Positions 47,131 to 55,162 of a DNA stretch of 55,162 nucleotides are shown piece after piece. Under the pieces are notes generated by a model. The model worked only from the letters and a program-made list of their open reading frames with translations. It searched no databases and was not told where the DNA came from. The DNA is from an uncultured Candidatus Saccharibacteria bacterium (GTDB taxonomy: Bacteria; Patescibacteriota; Minisyncoccia; Minisyncoccales; Staskawiczbacteraceae), in assembly GCA_964404005.1 (NCBI GenBank), contig CAYOIH010000002.1, forward strand, positions 1-55,162, in the 5' to 3' direction. Position 1 is the stretch's first letter. Each line of letters starts with the position of its first letter. The position numbers and the translations under genes were made by a program.

Positions 47131-49134
47131 ATGAGTTTGATTTATTATCCGATAATTGTTTCGTTGTTTGCAATAGTGTTTGTTTATTATTTAACAGTGC
47201 AGATTAAGAAGGCGCCAGTTGCGGGAGATAAAGCAATTGCCATAACCGCAGCAGTGCAGGAGGGGGCAATGTCTTACTTAAAAAGACAGTATAAGACAAT
47301 TGCCATTGTTGGAGTAGTTATTTTTATTCTATTATTTTTTATGGGCTGGAAAATTGCCATCGGATTTTTAATTGGAGCTGTTTTGTCTGGAGTTTCCGGA
47401 TTTATTGGAATGATTGTTTCCACTCAAGCAAATACCAGAGTTGCCGAAGCCGCAAAAAAAGGCTTGGAAAAAGCTTTGGATATTTCTTTTAAGGGAGGCC
47501 TAATCACGGGCTTAATGGTGGTATCTTTGGGTTTATTATCTGTTGCGGGATACTATCTTTTAACAGGAATTGACGGCTTGATAGCTTTGGGATTTGGAGC
47601 TTCTTTGATTTCGGTTTTTGCCAGAGTTGGTGGAGGAATTTACACAAAGGCAGCCGATGTGGGAGCAGACTTGGTTGGAAAAGTTGAGAAAGGAATTCCA
47701 GAGGATGATCCAAGAAATCCAGCAGTTATCGCCGACCAGGTTGGAGACAACGTGGGAGACTGCGCAGGCATGGCAGCCGATATTTTTGAAACGTACGCTA
47801 TTACAACAGTGGCGGCAATGATTTTGGGCGCGTTGCTTTTTCCAAGAGCAACACAGTTTATTTTATTGCCTCTAATTTTGGGAAGCGTTTCAATTTTAAC
47901 TTCTATTATAGGAAGTTTCTTTGTAAGATTGCCTGCCCTGAGCCGAGTCGAAGGGGGTAAGTCGCAATCCATTATGGGTTCTATGTATAAAGGATTGGCA
48001 GCCACAGTTATTTTGTCGGCAATCGCATTTTATCCCATAATCACAAAATTAATGGCAGGGCAGGCAATTCCGGTAAACAACCTTTATTTTTCAACATTGG
48101 TGGGATTGGTAATCGCGGTTGGAATGTTTGTTATCACAGAGTATTACACCTCAAAAAAATATGGTCCGGTAAAATCAATTGCCAAGGCTTCAGAAACAGG
48201 CCACGCAACAAATATAATCAGGGGAATTGGATTAGGAATGCAGTCAACAGCTTTCCCGGTTTTGTTAATTGCATTTGGAACAATTTTAAGTTTTTGGCTG
48301 GCTGGAATTTACGGAGTTGCATTAGCCGGCGTGGCAATGCTTTCCATTTCCGGAATTGTTGTTGGAGTTGATGCTTACGGCCCGATTACAGATAACGCCG
48401 GAGGAATTGCAGAAATGTCGGGAATGCCGGAAGGCGTCAGAAAAATCACAGACGCGTTGGATGCGGTTGGAAACACAACAAAGGCAGTCACAAAAGGATA
48501 CGCAATTGCTTCAGCAGGATTGGCGGCGTTGGTTTTGTTTTCCGCATACGTTGAAAAGGTTGGCATAAACGGTTCAATAAATTTTTCATTAACAAATTCT
48601 TATGTTATTGCCGGTTTATTAATCGGCGGACTGCTTCCCTACTTGTTTGCTTCATTTTTAATGGGAGCTGTCGGGAAAACAGCGGGAAAAGTTGTTGAAG
48701 AAGTAAGAAGGCAATTCAAAAATATCACAGGATTAATGGAAGGCACAGCAAAACCGGAATATGGAAAATGCGTTGATATTGTCACTAAAGCCGCAATTAA
48801 AGAAATGATGATTCCAGCCTTAATCCCAATTGCAGCTCCAATTTTAGTGGGATTTATTTTAGGGCCCGAAGCTTTGGGAGGATTATTGATTGGAGCAATT
48901 GTCACGGGATTATTTGTTGGAATTTCAATGACAACAGGAGGAGCTGCGTGGGACAACGCCAAAAAATACATTGAAGGTGGAGCGCATGGAGGCAAAGGTT
49001 CATTTGCCCACCAAGCCGCCGTCACCGGCGACACCGTCGGCGATCCTTACAAAGATACTGCCGGCCCGGCTATTAACCCAATGATTAAAGTCCTTAACAT
49101 CGTAGCGCTTTTAATCGTCGCTTTTCTAGTTTAG
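47131..49134 (+). CDS. hppA: Membrane-bound proton/sodium-translocating pyrophosphatase
   Basis: [61 protein letters not shown]. Contains the in-frame insertion [11 protein letters not shown]. Confidence 0.96.
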   Translation: MSLIYYPIIVSLFAIVFVYYLTVQIKKAPVAGDKAIAITAAVQEGAMSYLKRQYKTIAIVGVVIFILLFFMGWKIAIGFLIGAVLSGVSGFIGMIVSTQANTRVAEAAKKGLEKALDISFKGGLITGLMVVSLGLLSVAGYYLLTGIDGLIALGFGASLISVFARVGGGIYTKAADVGADLVGKVEKGIPEDDPRNPAVIADQVGDNVGDCAGMAADIFETYAITTVAAMILGALLFPRATQFILLPLILGSVSILTSIIGSFFVRLPALSRVEGGKSQSIMGSMYKGLAATVILSAIAFYPIITKLMAGQAIPVNNLYFSTLVGLVIAVGMFVITEYYTSKKYGPVKSIAKASETGHATNIIRGIGLGMQSTAFPVLLIAFGTILSFWLAGIYGVALAGVAMLSISGIVVGVDAYGPITDNAGGIAEMSGMPEGVRKITDALDAVGNTTKAVTKGYAIASAGLAALVLFSAYVEKVGINGSINFSLTNSYVIAGLLIGGLLPYLFASFLMGAVGKTAGKVVEEVRRQFKNITGLMEGTAKPEYGKCVDIVTKAAIKEMMIPALIPIAAPILVGFILGPEALGGLLIGAIVTGLFVGISMTTGGAAWDNAKKYIEGGAHGGKGSFAHQAAVTGDTVGDPYKDTAGPAINPMIKVLNIVALLIVAFLV

Positions 49135-49157
49135 TGAGTAGTTGGTCGCAATAAAAA

Positions 49158-49178
49158 AGCCCGACGTTACGTCGAGCT
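49158..49178. terminator. Palindromic hairpin between hppA and the minus-strand cassette
   Basis: agcccgacgt-t-acgtcgagct (9/10 bp) preceded by an A-run; it overlaps the stop of ORF 49167-49412. Confidence 0.4.
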
Positions 49179-49412
49179 ATTGCGGTGTTTTCTGATCGCG
49201 TTGAATGCAACCAGAAACACAAAGAACGTCAGCGTAAGCGTCAGCCACGTGGCGAGGAACGCAATTCCCGGAGGCCACGAGGTAAACATAAAGACAAATC
49301 CAAAGAGGAAAATCGTGGGCCAAAACATTAGGCCAATCGAAATAGCAAACAACATGCTAAAATACTCGGCTCTCCAATGGGGACGCCTTATTGTTCTGTA
49401 TGCGGATTCCAT
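49167..49412 (-). CDS. Small hydrophobic membrane protein (81 aa, 2-3 TM)
   Basis: Start moved to MESAYRT (49412), which has SD aaaggagagg 2 nt upstream. TM segments are FSMLFAISIGLMFWPTIFLFGFVFMF and IAFLATWLTLTLTFFVFLVAF. G+C-rich. Confidence 0.6.
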   Translation of the reverse strand: MESAYRTIRRPHWRAEYFSMLFAISIGLMFWPTIFLFGFVFMFTSWPPGIAFLATWLTLTLTFFVFLVAFNAIRKHRNSST

Positions 49413-49429
49413 GTCCTCTCCTTTCACCG

Positions 49430-49651
49430 TTAAGACACTTTGAGCATCCGGAACCGCTGTTCATGTTTTCCTCTTGTGTCACTGCCTCGGATTATGACCT
49501 CCTTCCCATTTTCTTCTGCTTCCACATGAGCGACCAGGATAGAGAGAGCACGACGGATTACGCCGACCCGGTCTTTTCCCAGGGTGAGACAAAGATTGTT
49601 TATGGCCTCGTCCATTTTTTCAGATGGCTGAAACGTGATTTTGTCTGGCAT
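49430..49651 (-). CDS. Ribbon-helix-helix (CopG/antitoxin-like) DNA-binding protein
   Basis: ITFQPSEKMDEAINNLCLTLGKDRVGVIRRALSIL fits the beta-strand/helix/helix RHH pattern. 73 aa, 17 nt upstream of the membrane-protein gene. Confidence 0.6.
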   Translation of the reverse strand: MPDKITFQPSEKMDEAINNLCLTLGKDRVGVIRRALSILVAHVEAEENGKEVIIRGSDTRGKHEQRFRMLKVS

Positions 49652-49695
49652 TTGTCTTACCTTTCTGTGCCAAAAAGTTGTCCAAAGAACACAAC

Positions 49696-49727
49696 GTTAT
49701 AATATAACTAAATTATTACTTTGTCAA
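49696..49727 (-). promoter_or_regulatory. Promoter (TTGACA-17-TATTAT) with palindromic operator overlapping -10
   Basis: Minus strand ttgaca (49722-49727) and tattat (49699-49704). The palindrome gttata-a-tataac (49696-49708) covers the -10, which is a typical RHH autorepression layout. Confidence 0.55.
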
Positions 49728-49794
49728 CGATGAAAACACAGTTTATTGATAATCGCCAGATAGTTGATTAATTGGAAAAAAAAGTGTAAACTGT

Positions 49795-51072
49795 ATGATT
49801 ATGAAAACAGAAACTAAGAAATTACCTAAGTCGCAAATAGAATTAACTTTTGAATTAACGCCAGAGGAATTTGCTGAGCATTTTTCTCATGCGGTGGAGC
49901 ATTTAAAACATCACGTGAAGGTTGATGGGTTTAGGGAGGGAAAAGCCCCAGCATCAATGGTTGAAGAAAAACTAAAACCGGAAATGTTGCTAATGGAAGC
50001 CGGCGACCACGCTGTCCAGCACGTTTATACGGATTATGTTAAAGACAATAAATTAGAGCCGGTTGGCCAGCCGGAGGTTTCAATTATAAAAATAGCTAAG
50101 GGCTCCCCTTTTGTATTTAAGGCGGTGATGACAATATTGCCGGACGTTGAGTTGCCAGACTACAAAGAAATTGCAAAAACAGTTAAGGGAAAGGATGTTG
50201 ATGTTACAGAAGAAGAGGTCCAAGATTCTATAAATTATTTACAGAAGACCAGAGCAAAATTTACAGCGCACAATGATCCCGCCCAATTAAAAGACTTTAT
50301 TGAAATAAAATATAAAAGCAAAGATATTGAAAATAACAAGGAGATAGACGATAAATTTATTTTGGGCGAAGGCGGGTTTATGAAGGGATTTGAAGATGGG
50401 ATTGTTGGAATGAAAGCCGGAGAAGAAAAAGACATCACGGTAAAATTTGCTGACGACCTGCCAAGAAAGGATTTGGCCGGCAAAGAGTCAGTTTTTGAAG
50501 TAAAAATGATTTCTGTGCAAAAAATGGAGTTACCAGAAATTAATGACGAGTTTGCAAAACAACTTGGCAGTTTTGAAACATTAGTTGCTTTAAGGGGCAG
50601 TATGAAAGAAGGAATTATATTGGAAAAAACAGAAGCAGAAAAGCAAAGGGTAAGGGGAGAAATTTTGGAAAAAATAGCAGAAAAAGCAAAGTTCGAAATG
50701 CCAGAGGCTATGGTGGAATACGAAAAGCAGAGATTACTGGAAGATTTAAAAAACAGGGTTACTCAAGCTGCTAAAATCAGTTTTGAGGAATATTTGGCGT
50801 CAGTTAAAAAAACAGAAGAAGAAATAAAGGCAACTTATCAAAAAGAAGCCGAAAAAAGATTGCGAGGATTTTTGGTTTTAAGGGAGTTAGGCAGAGAAGA
50901 AAAAGTGGAGGTTTCCGATAAAGAAGTAGAGGAAGAAGTAAATAAAGTCATGAAGGGACAAACCCTTCGGCAAGCTCAGGGCGAAATTGACATAAATCAA
51001 TTTCGAGAGTATACTAAGGGTGTAATTCATAACGAAAAAGTATTTCAAATTTTGGAGAATCTTTCAAAGTAA
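49795..51072 (+). CDS. tig: Trigger factor
   Basis: N-terminal ribosome-binding domain KSQIELTFELTPEEF and FKBP-type PPIase FILGEGGFMKGFEDGIVGMKAGEEKDITVKF. Carries the in-frame insertion TLRQAQGE near the C-terminus. Confidence 0.93.
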   Translation: MIMKTETKKLPKSQIELTFELTPEEFAEHFSHAVEHLKHHVKVDGFREGKAPASMVEEKLKPEMLLMEAGDHAVQHVYTDYVKDNKLEPVGQPEVSIIKIAKGSPFVFKAVMTILPDVELPDYKEIAKTVKGKDVDVTEEEVQDSINYLQKTRAKFTAHNDPAQLKDFIEIKYKSKDIENNKEIDDKFILGEGGFMKGFEDGIVGMKAGEEKDITVKFADDLPRKDLAGKESVFEVKMISVQKMELPEINDEFAKQLGSFETLVALRGSMKEGIILEKTEAEKQRVRGEILEKIAEKAKFEMPEAMVEYEKQRLLEDLKNRVTQAAKISFEEYLASVKKTEEEIKATYQKEAEKRLRGFLVLRELGREEKVEVSDKEVEEEVNKVMKGQTLRQAQGEIDINQFREYTKGVIHNEKVFQILENLSK

Positions 51073-51073
51073 C

Positions 51074-51319
51074 ATGACAAGAGCATTTTTGGCGAAAATC
51101 AAGAACAAAAAATTTCCTATTATCGTAGAAAAAGACGATAAGTTTTATGTTGTTGAGTGCCCGGTTTTTAGGGGATGTTATACGCAGGGAAAAACTATAG
51201 ATGAGGCTTTAAAAAATATCAGAGAAGTTATTGAGTTGTGCTTGGAGGAAAAAGAAAATCAGCAAATTCTTGAATTGTATAATCCAAAAGAAATAAGCCT
51301 TCACAATATAGCTTTTTAA
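51074..51319 (+). CDS. hicB: HicB-family antitoxin (UPF0150)
   Basis: KFYVVECPVFRGCYTQGKTIDEALKNIREVIELCLEE; its stop overlaps the hicA ATG (TAATG). Confidence 0.85.
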   Translation: MTRAFLAKIKNKKFPIIVEKDDKFYVVECPVFRGCYTQGKTIDEALKNIREVIELCLEEKENQQILELYNPKEISLHNIAF

Positions 51320-51543
51320 TGTCAAAATTACCATCACTTTCCGGCAAAAACGCCATAAAAGCATTTATAAAAATAGGATATAAGGTCGTCCGACAAAAAG
51401 GCAGTCATATCCGTTTATTGCATTGCGATATTCATAGAATACCGCTAACTGTCCCAGACCATAAGGTTTTAGGGAAAGGATTATTAAGGAAATTACTAAG
51501 AGATGCCGAAATATCTGTTGATGAATTTATAAAATTACTTTAA
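51319..51543 (+). CDS. hicA: HicA-family mRNA interferase toxin
   Basis: LSGKNAIKAFIKIGYKVVRQKGSHIRLLH...IPLTVPDHKVLGKGLLRKLL is the YcfA/HicA signature. Confidence 0.85.
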   Translation: MSKLPSLSGKNAIKAFIKIGYKVVRQKGSHIRLLHCDIHRIPLTVPDHKVLGKGLLRKLLRDAEISVDEFIKLL

Positions 51544-51562
51544 AATTAAAATCATAAAAACT

Positions 51563-52199
51563 ATGCAAAACCAAAAAGGAATTTTCCCGCCACAGCGGGA
51601 TCACGCTCGCGGTGGGACAACATTATTAGTCGGCATTATAATCATTGTTGCTATAGCATTTGTTGCTTTCGGCGGAGTGTTTGCCTACCAATATTTTTCA
51701 ACGCAAAAAGCAGATAATCAGCTCTTAAACGATCAGCAGAGCCAACAACAGCAGACAGACGAGCAACAAACAAATAATACTCAACCAACAGCCCAAACCG
51801 CTGGACCTGTCCCGAGCGAAGTCGAGGGATGGAAAACATATACAAATAATGCCTATAATTATCAAATAAGCTATGTCTCAAGTGCAACCATAGGAGAGAC
51901 TGGCGGCTCTGTAAAAATACAGTACCAAAACGGGAATATTACAATTTGTTCCGCGTCGGTGGGCGCTTGCGGAAATGTCCCAGGAGTTGGCGGAGAAGCA
52001 ACAGCAGTAAATAGAGAAGTAGTTATTGAGGGGGGGGAAGTATAATTTTTACGGCTACATTTTAGATGGTGATGAATTTTTATATTCTGAATCACTGCCG
52101 AATAATATGTTCGTTGAGTTGACTATTAATAATTACCAAAACATCGGCACCGAAAACAAGCTGTTTGAAATGCTTTCCACTTTTAAATTTACGAAATAG
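51563..52199 (+). pseudogene. Anchored extracellular protein (paralog of 30927-31718) frameshifted at a G8 tract
   Basis: The ORF stops at 52045 just after G8 (52030-52037). Removing one G restores ...EGGKYNFYGYILDGDEFLYSESLPNNMFVELTINNYQNIGTENKLFEMLSTFKFTK* ending at 52199, and that C-terminus matches ...IISTFKFTN of the paralog. Confidence 0.75.
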
Positions 52200-52226
52200 C
52201 GTTTAAAAATTAAAAATTAACGAAGA

Positions 52227-52808
52227 ATGCCAATAGTACCAACTATTGTAGAAAGAACACAGCGCGGTGAGCGCGCATACGATATATTTTCAAGGCTTTT
52301 AGAAGAGCGCATAATTTTTCTTGCGGGTCCTGTCACAGATATGAACGCCAACGTGGTTATCGCCCAGATGCTTTATTTAGCATCAAAGGACTCAAAAAGA
52401 GATATAAAGCTTTATATAAACAGCCCCGGAGGTTCGGTTACAGCAGGGTTAGCTATTTACGACACAATGCAGTATTTAAAATGCCCGGTTTCCACCATTT
52501 GCATAGGGCTTACGGCTTCTATGGCAGCGGTTATTTTAGCGTCAGGCACAAAAGGAAAGAGATTTTCTTTGCCTAATGCTGAAATTTTATTGCACCAAGT
52601 TGCCGGAGGCATGCAAGGGCAGGCCGCAGACATTGAGATTACTGCAAAACAGATTCTTCATATGAAGCAGAAGTTGAATAAAATTATTGCATCCCACACA
52701 GGACAGCCTTTAGCTAAGGTGGAGACAGATACTGACAGGGATTTTTATTTAACCGCAGAAGAAGCCAAAAAATATGGGCTTATTGATGAAGTAATTGGTG
52801 GAAAGTAG
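52227..52808 (+). CDS. clpP: ATP-dependent Clp protease proteolytic subunit
   Basis: [18 protein letters not shown] (Ser), LLHQVAGG (His), [19 protein letters not shown] (Asp). Confidence 0.96.
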   Translation: MPIVPTIVERTQRGERAYDIFSRLLEERIIFLAGPVTDMNANVVIAQMLYLASKDSKRDIKLYINSPGGSVTAGLAIYDTMQYLKCPVSTICIGLTASMAAVILASGTKGKRFSLPNAEILLHQVAGGMQGQAADIEITAKQILHMKQKLNKIIASHTGQPLAKVETDTDRDFYLTAEEAKKYGLIDEVIGGK

Positions 52809-52893
52809 ATAGTAACCGGTAAAAAGAAAATATATTTTATGCACACTCACTGAGCAAGTGAGTTGTTTTATTAAAATTAAATAATAAAAATAT

Positions 52894-54426
52894 ATGGATC
52901 AAATAATTTTATCAGTAATTGTAGCGGCAGTAGCCCTGATTTTAGGCTCTATTATAGGCTATTACATGAGGCAGAACCTGGCGAAAAGAAGAGCCGGAAC
53001 GCTTGAGGCAAAACTGCAGAAAAGAGTTATAGATGTTAAGGAGGAGACATCGCGGATGGTTAAGGATGCGGAGAGAAAATCGTCAGATCTTTTAGACAAG
53101 GCGCAAAAAGATATCGATGAAAGGAGAAAAGAGTTTTTGAAGGCTCAGGAGCTTTTATTGGGCAGAGAAAGCTTGCTTAACGAAAGAATAGTTTCCTTTG
53201 AGGGAAAAGAGAAAGAGCTGCAAGACAAGGTGGAAAAATTAAAAACCATAAAAGAAAGTTTAGAGCAGTTGAGGTTGGAAGCTGAGGGTAAACTGGAAAA
53301 AGTGGCCAACCTATCAAGGGAGGACGCAAAAAAAGAATTGCTGGCTTTGGTTGAAATTGAAAAGGAAAAAGAAATTTTAGAGAGAATGAAAAAATTGGAA
53401 GAAAGCAATCAGGAAAAATTTCAGGCGAGGGCAAAAGAAATTGTCGCCATAGCAATTCAGAAGTGCGCTGTTTCCCAGGCGCAGGAGCTGACGACAACAA
53501 CAGTCATACTTGCCAACGAAGAATTAAAGGGCAGAATTATCGGAAAAGAAGGCAGAAACATAAGAACATTCGAAAAACTGACCGGAGTTGAATTAATTGT
53601 AGACGAAACCCCGGAGTCGGTTGTCATCTCGTGCTTTAATCCGATAAGAAGGCAGATTGCCAAAGTTGCTCTGGATAAATTGATTGCTGACGGCAGAATA
53701 CAGCCGGCAAAAATCGAGGAAAAATATGAGGAAGCAAAAGCGGAAATTGCTGTTAAAATAAGAGAAGCCGGAGATAAGGCAGCTTATGATGTTGGAGTTA
53801 TCGGGCTGAACGAAAAATTAGTCCAGATTTTAGGCAGATTGTATTACAGAACCAGCTACGGCCAGAACGCGCTTTTGCATTCGATGGAGGTTGCTTTAAT
53901 ATCAGAAACAATTGCAGAAGAATTGGGAGCCAACAGCCAGATAGCGAAAAGAGCCGGGCTTCTGCACGATATTGGAAAAGCAATCGACCAGCAGATACAG
54001 GGTTCGCATATTGAAATTGGAATTAAAATTCTGGAAAAATTTGGCGAGTCGGAAGCTGTTATAAAAGCAATGAGAACTCACCACGGAGATTATCCGGTGG
54101 AGTCTTTGGAAGCTACAATTGTTACGGTCGCTGACGCAATTTCAAGCTCAAGGCCTGGAGCCAGAAAAGATACGATGGAAAATTACCTGCAAAGACTGAA
54201 AGATTTGGAGGATATTGCCAATAAATTTGAAGGCGTTGAAAAAACTTATGCAATCCAGGCGGGCAGGGAAATCCGCGTGTTTGTGAAATCTGACAGGGTT
54301 GATGATTTGCAAGCTGTGAAAATGGCTAAGCAAATCGCCGGAGAAATCGAAGAAGAATTAAAATACCCTGGAGAGATTAAAGTTGTGGTTATCCGCGAAA
54401 ATCGCGTCATCGAGTACGCAAGATAA
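52894..54426 (+). CDS. rny: Ribonuclease Y
   Basis: N-terminal TM, coiled coil, KH GRIIGKEGRNIRTFE, HD domain GLLHDIGKA. Confidence 0.95.
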   Translation: MDQIILSVIVAAVALILGSIIGYYMRQNLAKRRAGTLEAKLQKRVIDVKEETSRMVKDAERKSSDLLDKAQKDIDERRKEFLKAQELLLGRESLLNERIVSFEGKEKELQDKVEKLKTIKESLEQLRLEAEGKLEKVANLSREDAKKELLALVEIEKEKEILERMKKLEESNQEKFQARAKEIVAIAIQKCAVSQAQELTTTTVILANEELKGRIIGKEGRNIRTFEKLTGVELIVDETPESVVISCFNPIRRQIAKVALDKLIADGRIQPAKIEEKYEEAKAEIAVKIREAGDKAAYDVGVIGLNEKLVQILGRLYYRTSYGQNALLHSMEVALISETIAEELGANSQIAKRAGLLHDIGKAIDQQIQGSHIEIGIKILEKFGESEAVIKAMRTHHGDYPVESLEATIVTVADAISSSRPGARKDTMENYLQRLKDLEDIANKFEGVEKTYAIQAGREIRVFVKSDRVDDLQAVKMAKQIAGEIEEELKYPGEIKVVVIRENRVIEYAR

Positions 54427-54456
54427 CATCTGACTGCTAACAACTAATTTATAACT

Positions 54457-54494
54457 AAAAAACCGTCCTTCGACAAGCTTAGGGCGGTTTTTGG
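54457..54494. terminator. Bidirectional intrinsic terminator built from the GC-rich element (forward orientation)
   Basis: aaaaaaccgtccttcgacaagcttagggcggtttttgg. This is the same core as 2096-2133 in the opposite orientation. Confidence 0.8.
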
Positions 54495-54505
54495 TTTAAT
54501 TTTGG

Positions 54506-55024
54506 CTAGTCTTCGGTAGCGAGAGAGTCTATAATATTTTTAATCATCATAGCGTCTTTTGCGGTTAATTTTTTAGGAATTGAAATTTGTGATACACCGT
54601 AATCAAAGAAAAGGTCTATCTTATGCACAGGTCCGTTGATAGGATTAGATAAGTTTATATTTTTCTTATCTGTTTTATCTTTTTTAATTAACAGGGGTGT
54701 GGATTGTTTTGTTTCCACGACCCATCCTTGCATTTTACCGGGCTCTACGCCGTATTTTTTATAATCTTTTATAACCTTAAGCAGCCGCGCCTTATAAGTG
54801 TTCAGCGAAATAATGCTCTTGTTTTTATTCGCGATCACTAAGCTTCTAAAAATCTCCTCTACGCTATCTTTTACCATATCTATTGATTTAAGCTCTTCTG
54901 CGTTCAGATCTTTCTCAAAAATTTTTAAGGCCGACTTTAAATTATTTGCCGTGTTCTCGGGATATTTTCTGTTGGCCGCGGCAAAATCTACAAAGTCATA
55001 TAGATCGATAAATTTATCTGTCAT
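54506..55024 (-). CDS. Hypothetical 172-aa protein
   Basis: Uninterrupted ORF between a terminator and a tRNA gene; no recognised motif. Confidence 0.55.
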   Translation of the reverse strand: MTDKFIDLYDFVDFAAANRKYPENTANNLKSALKIFEKDLNAEELKSIDMVKDSVEEIFRSLVIANKNKSIISLNTYKARLLKVIKDYKKYGVEPGKMQGWVVETKQSTPLLIKKDKTDKKNINLSNPINGPVHKIDLFFDYGVSQISIPKKLTAKDAMMIKNIIDSLATED

Positions 55025-55118
55025 AAAATTTAATTAATCTTTTTTTATCTTATTCTATCATAAACCAAGATAAAACAAAAGCACCTTTTTAAAAGTGCTT
55101 TTACGTTTGAGCAGGTAA

Positions 55119-55162
55119 GGGGAGTCGAACCCCTCTCATTAGCTTGGAAAGCTAAGGTAATA
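55119..55162 (-). tRNA. tRNA-Gly (anticodon UCC), 5' part beyond window edge
   Basis: The minus strand reads ...ttagc-ttTCCaa-gctaa-tgag-agggg-ttcgact-cccct-tacctgc-t (discriminator U). Confidence 0.7.

Noticed and set aside
1-55162. Alternative genetic code (UGA recoding, as in some CPR lineages, or UAG recoding suggested by comM).
   Set aside because: Conserved genes end at expected lengths on TGA (yebC), TAG (hppA, clpP) and TAA (many). No conserved gene other than comM shows internal stops.

Overview
This 55.2-kb AT-rich chromosomal segment looks like a small-genome Candidate Phyla Radiation (Patescibacteria/Parcubacteria-like) bacterium. That assignment is inferred from gene content, short Shine-Dalgarno-less intergenic regions and typical CPR hypothetical families; no database search was run. 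The standard genetic code applies: TGA, TAG and TAA all end conserved genes at the expected lengths.

Core content:
- The replication-origin neighbourhood: dnaN-dnaA diverging from rpmH-rnpA-yidC-jag, with a perfect DnaA box.
- Recombination and competence genes: pilB fragment, ruvB, yebC-ruvC, a ComEA-like HhH protein, dprA, and comM carrying an in-frame amber codon.
- Envelope genes: PBP1A and a LysM-M23 peptidase.
- RNA metabolism: rsmA, rpsO-pnp, cca, nusA, rny and six tRNA loci.
- hppA and tig-clpP.

Most notable accessory content:
1. A ~13.5-kb minus-strand locus encodes a minimal conjugative-T4SS-like machine: PrgI/VirB3-like protein, VirB4 ATPase and a VirB6-like polytopic protein. It also encodes four tandem proteins in which a VirB2/TrbC-like two-TM pilin module is fused to large extracellular domains, one 997 aa and extremely Cys-rich. 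There is no relaxase or coupling protein. A G+C-richer SPFH gene with its own consensus promoter and SD splits the locus.
2. A family of short GC-rich hairpin elements (consensus CCCTTCGRC-N3-5-GCTCRGGGC) occurs as intergenic terminators. The same element is also inserted in frame in at least eight conserved housekeeping genes.
3. A complete tRNA-Arg(UCG) bracketed by a perfect 17-bp inverted repeat appears to sit inside, or beside, a second incomplete tRNA-Arg(UCG).
4. A promoter- and terminator-bounded multi-hairpin RNA of ~225 nt has no recognisable family.

Smaller items are a hicAB pair, an RHH plus small-membrane-protein cassette, two NYN-domain genes between rpsO and pnp, a G8 frameshift in a surface-protein paralog, and a hyper-acidic 49-aa peptide unit.
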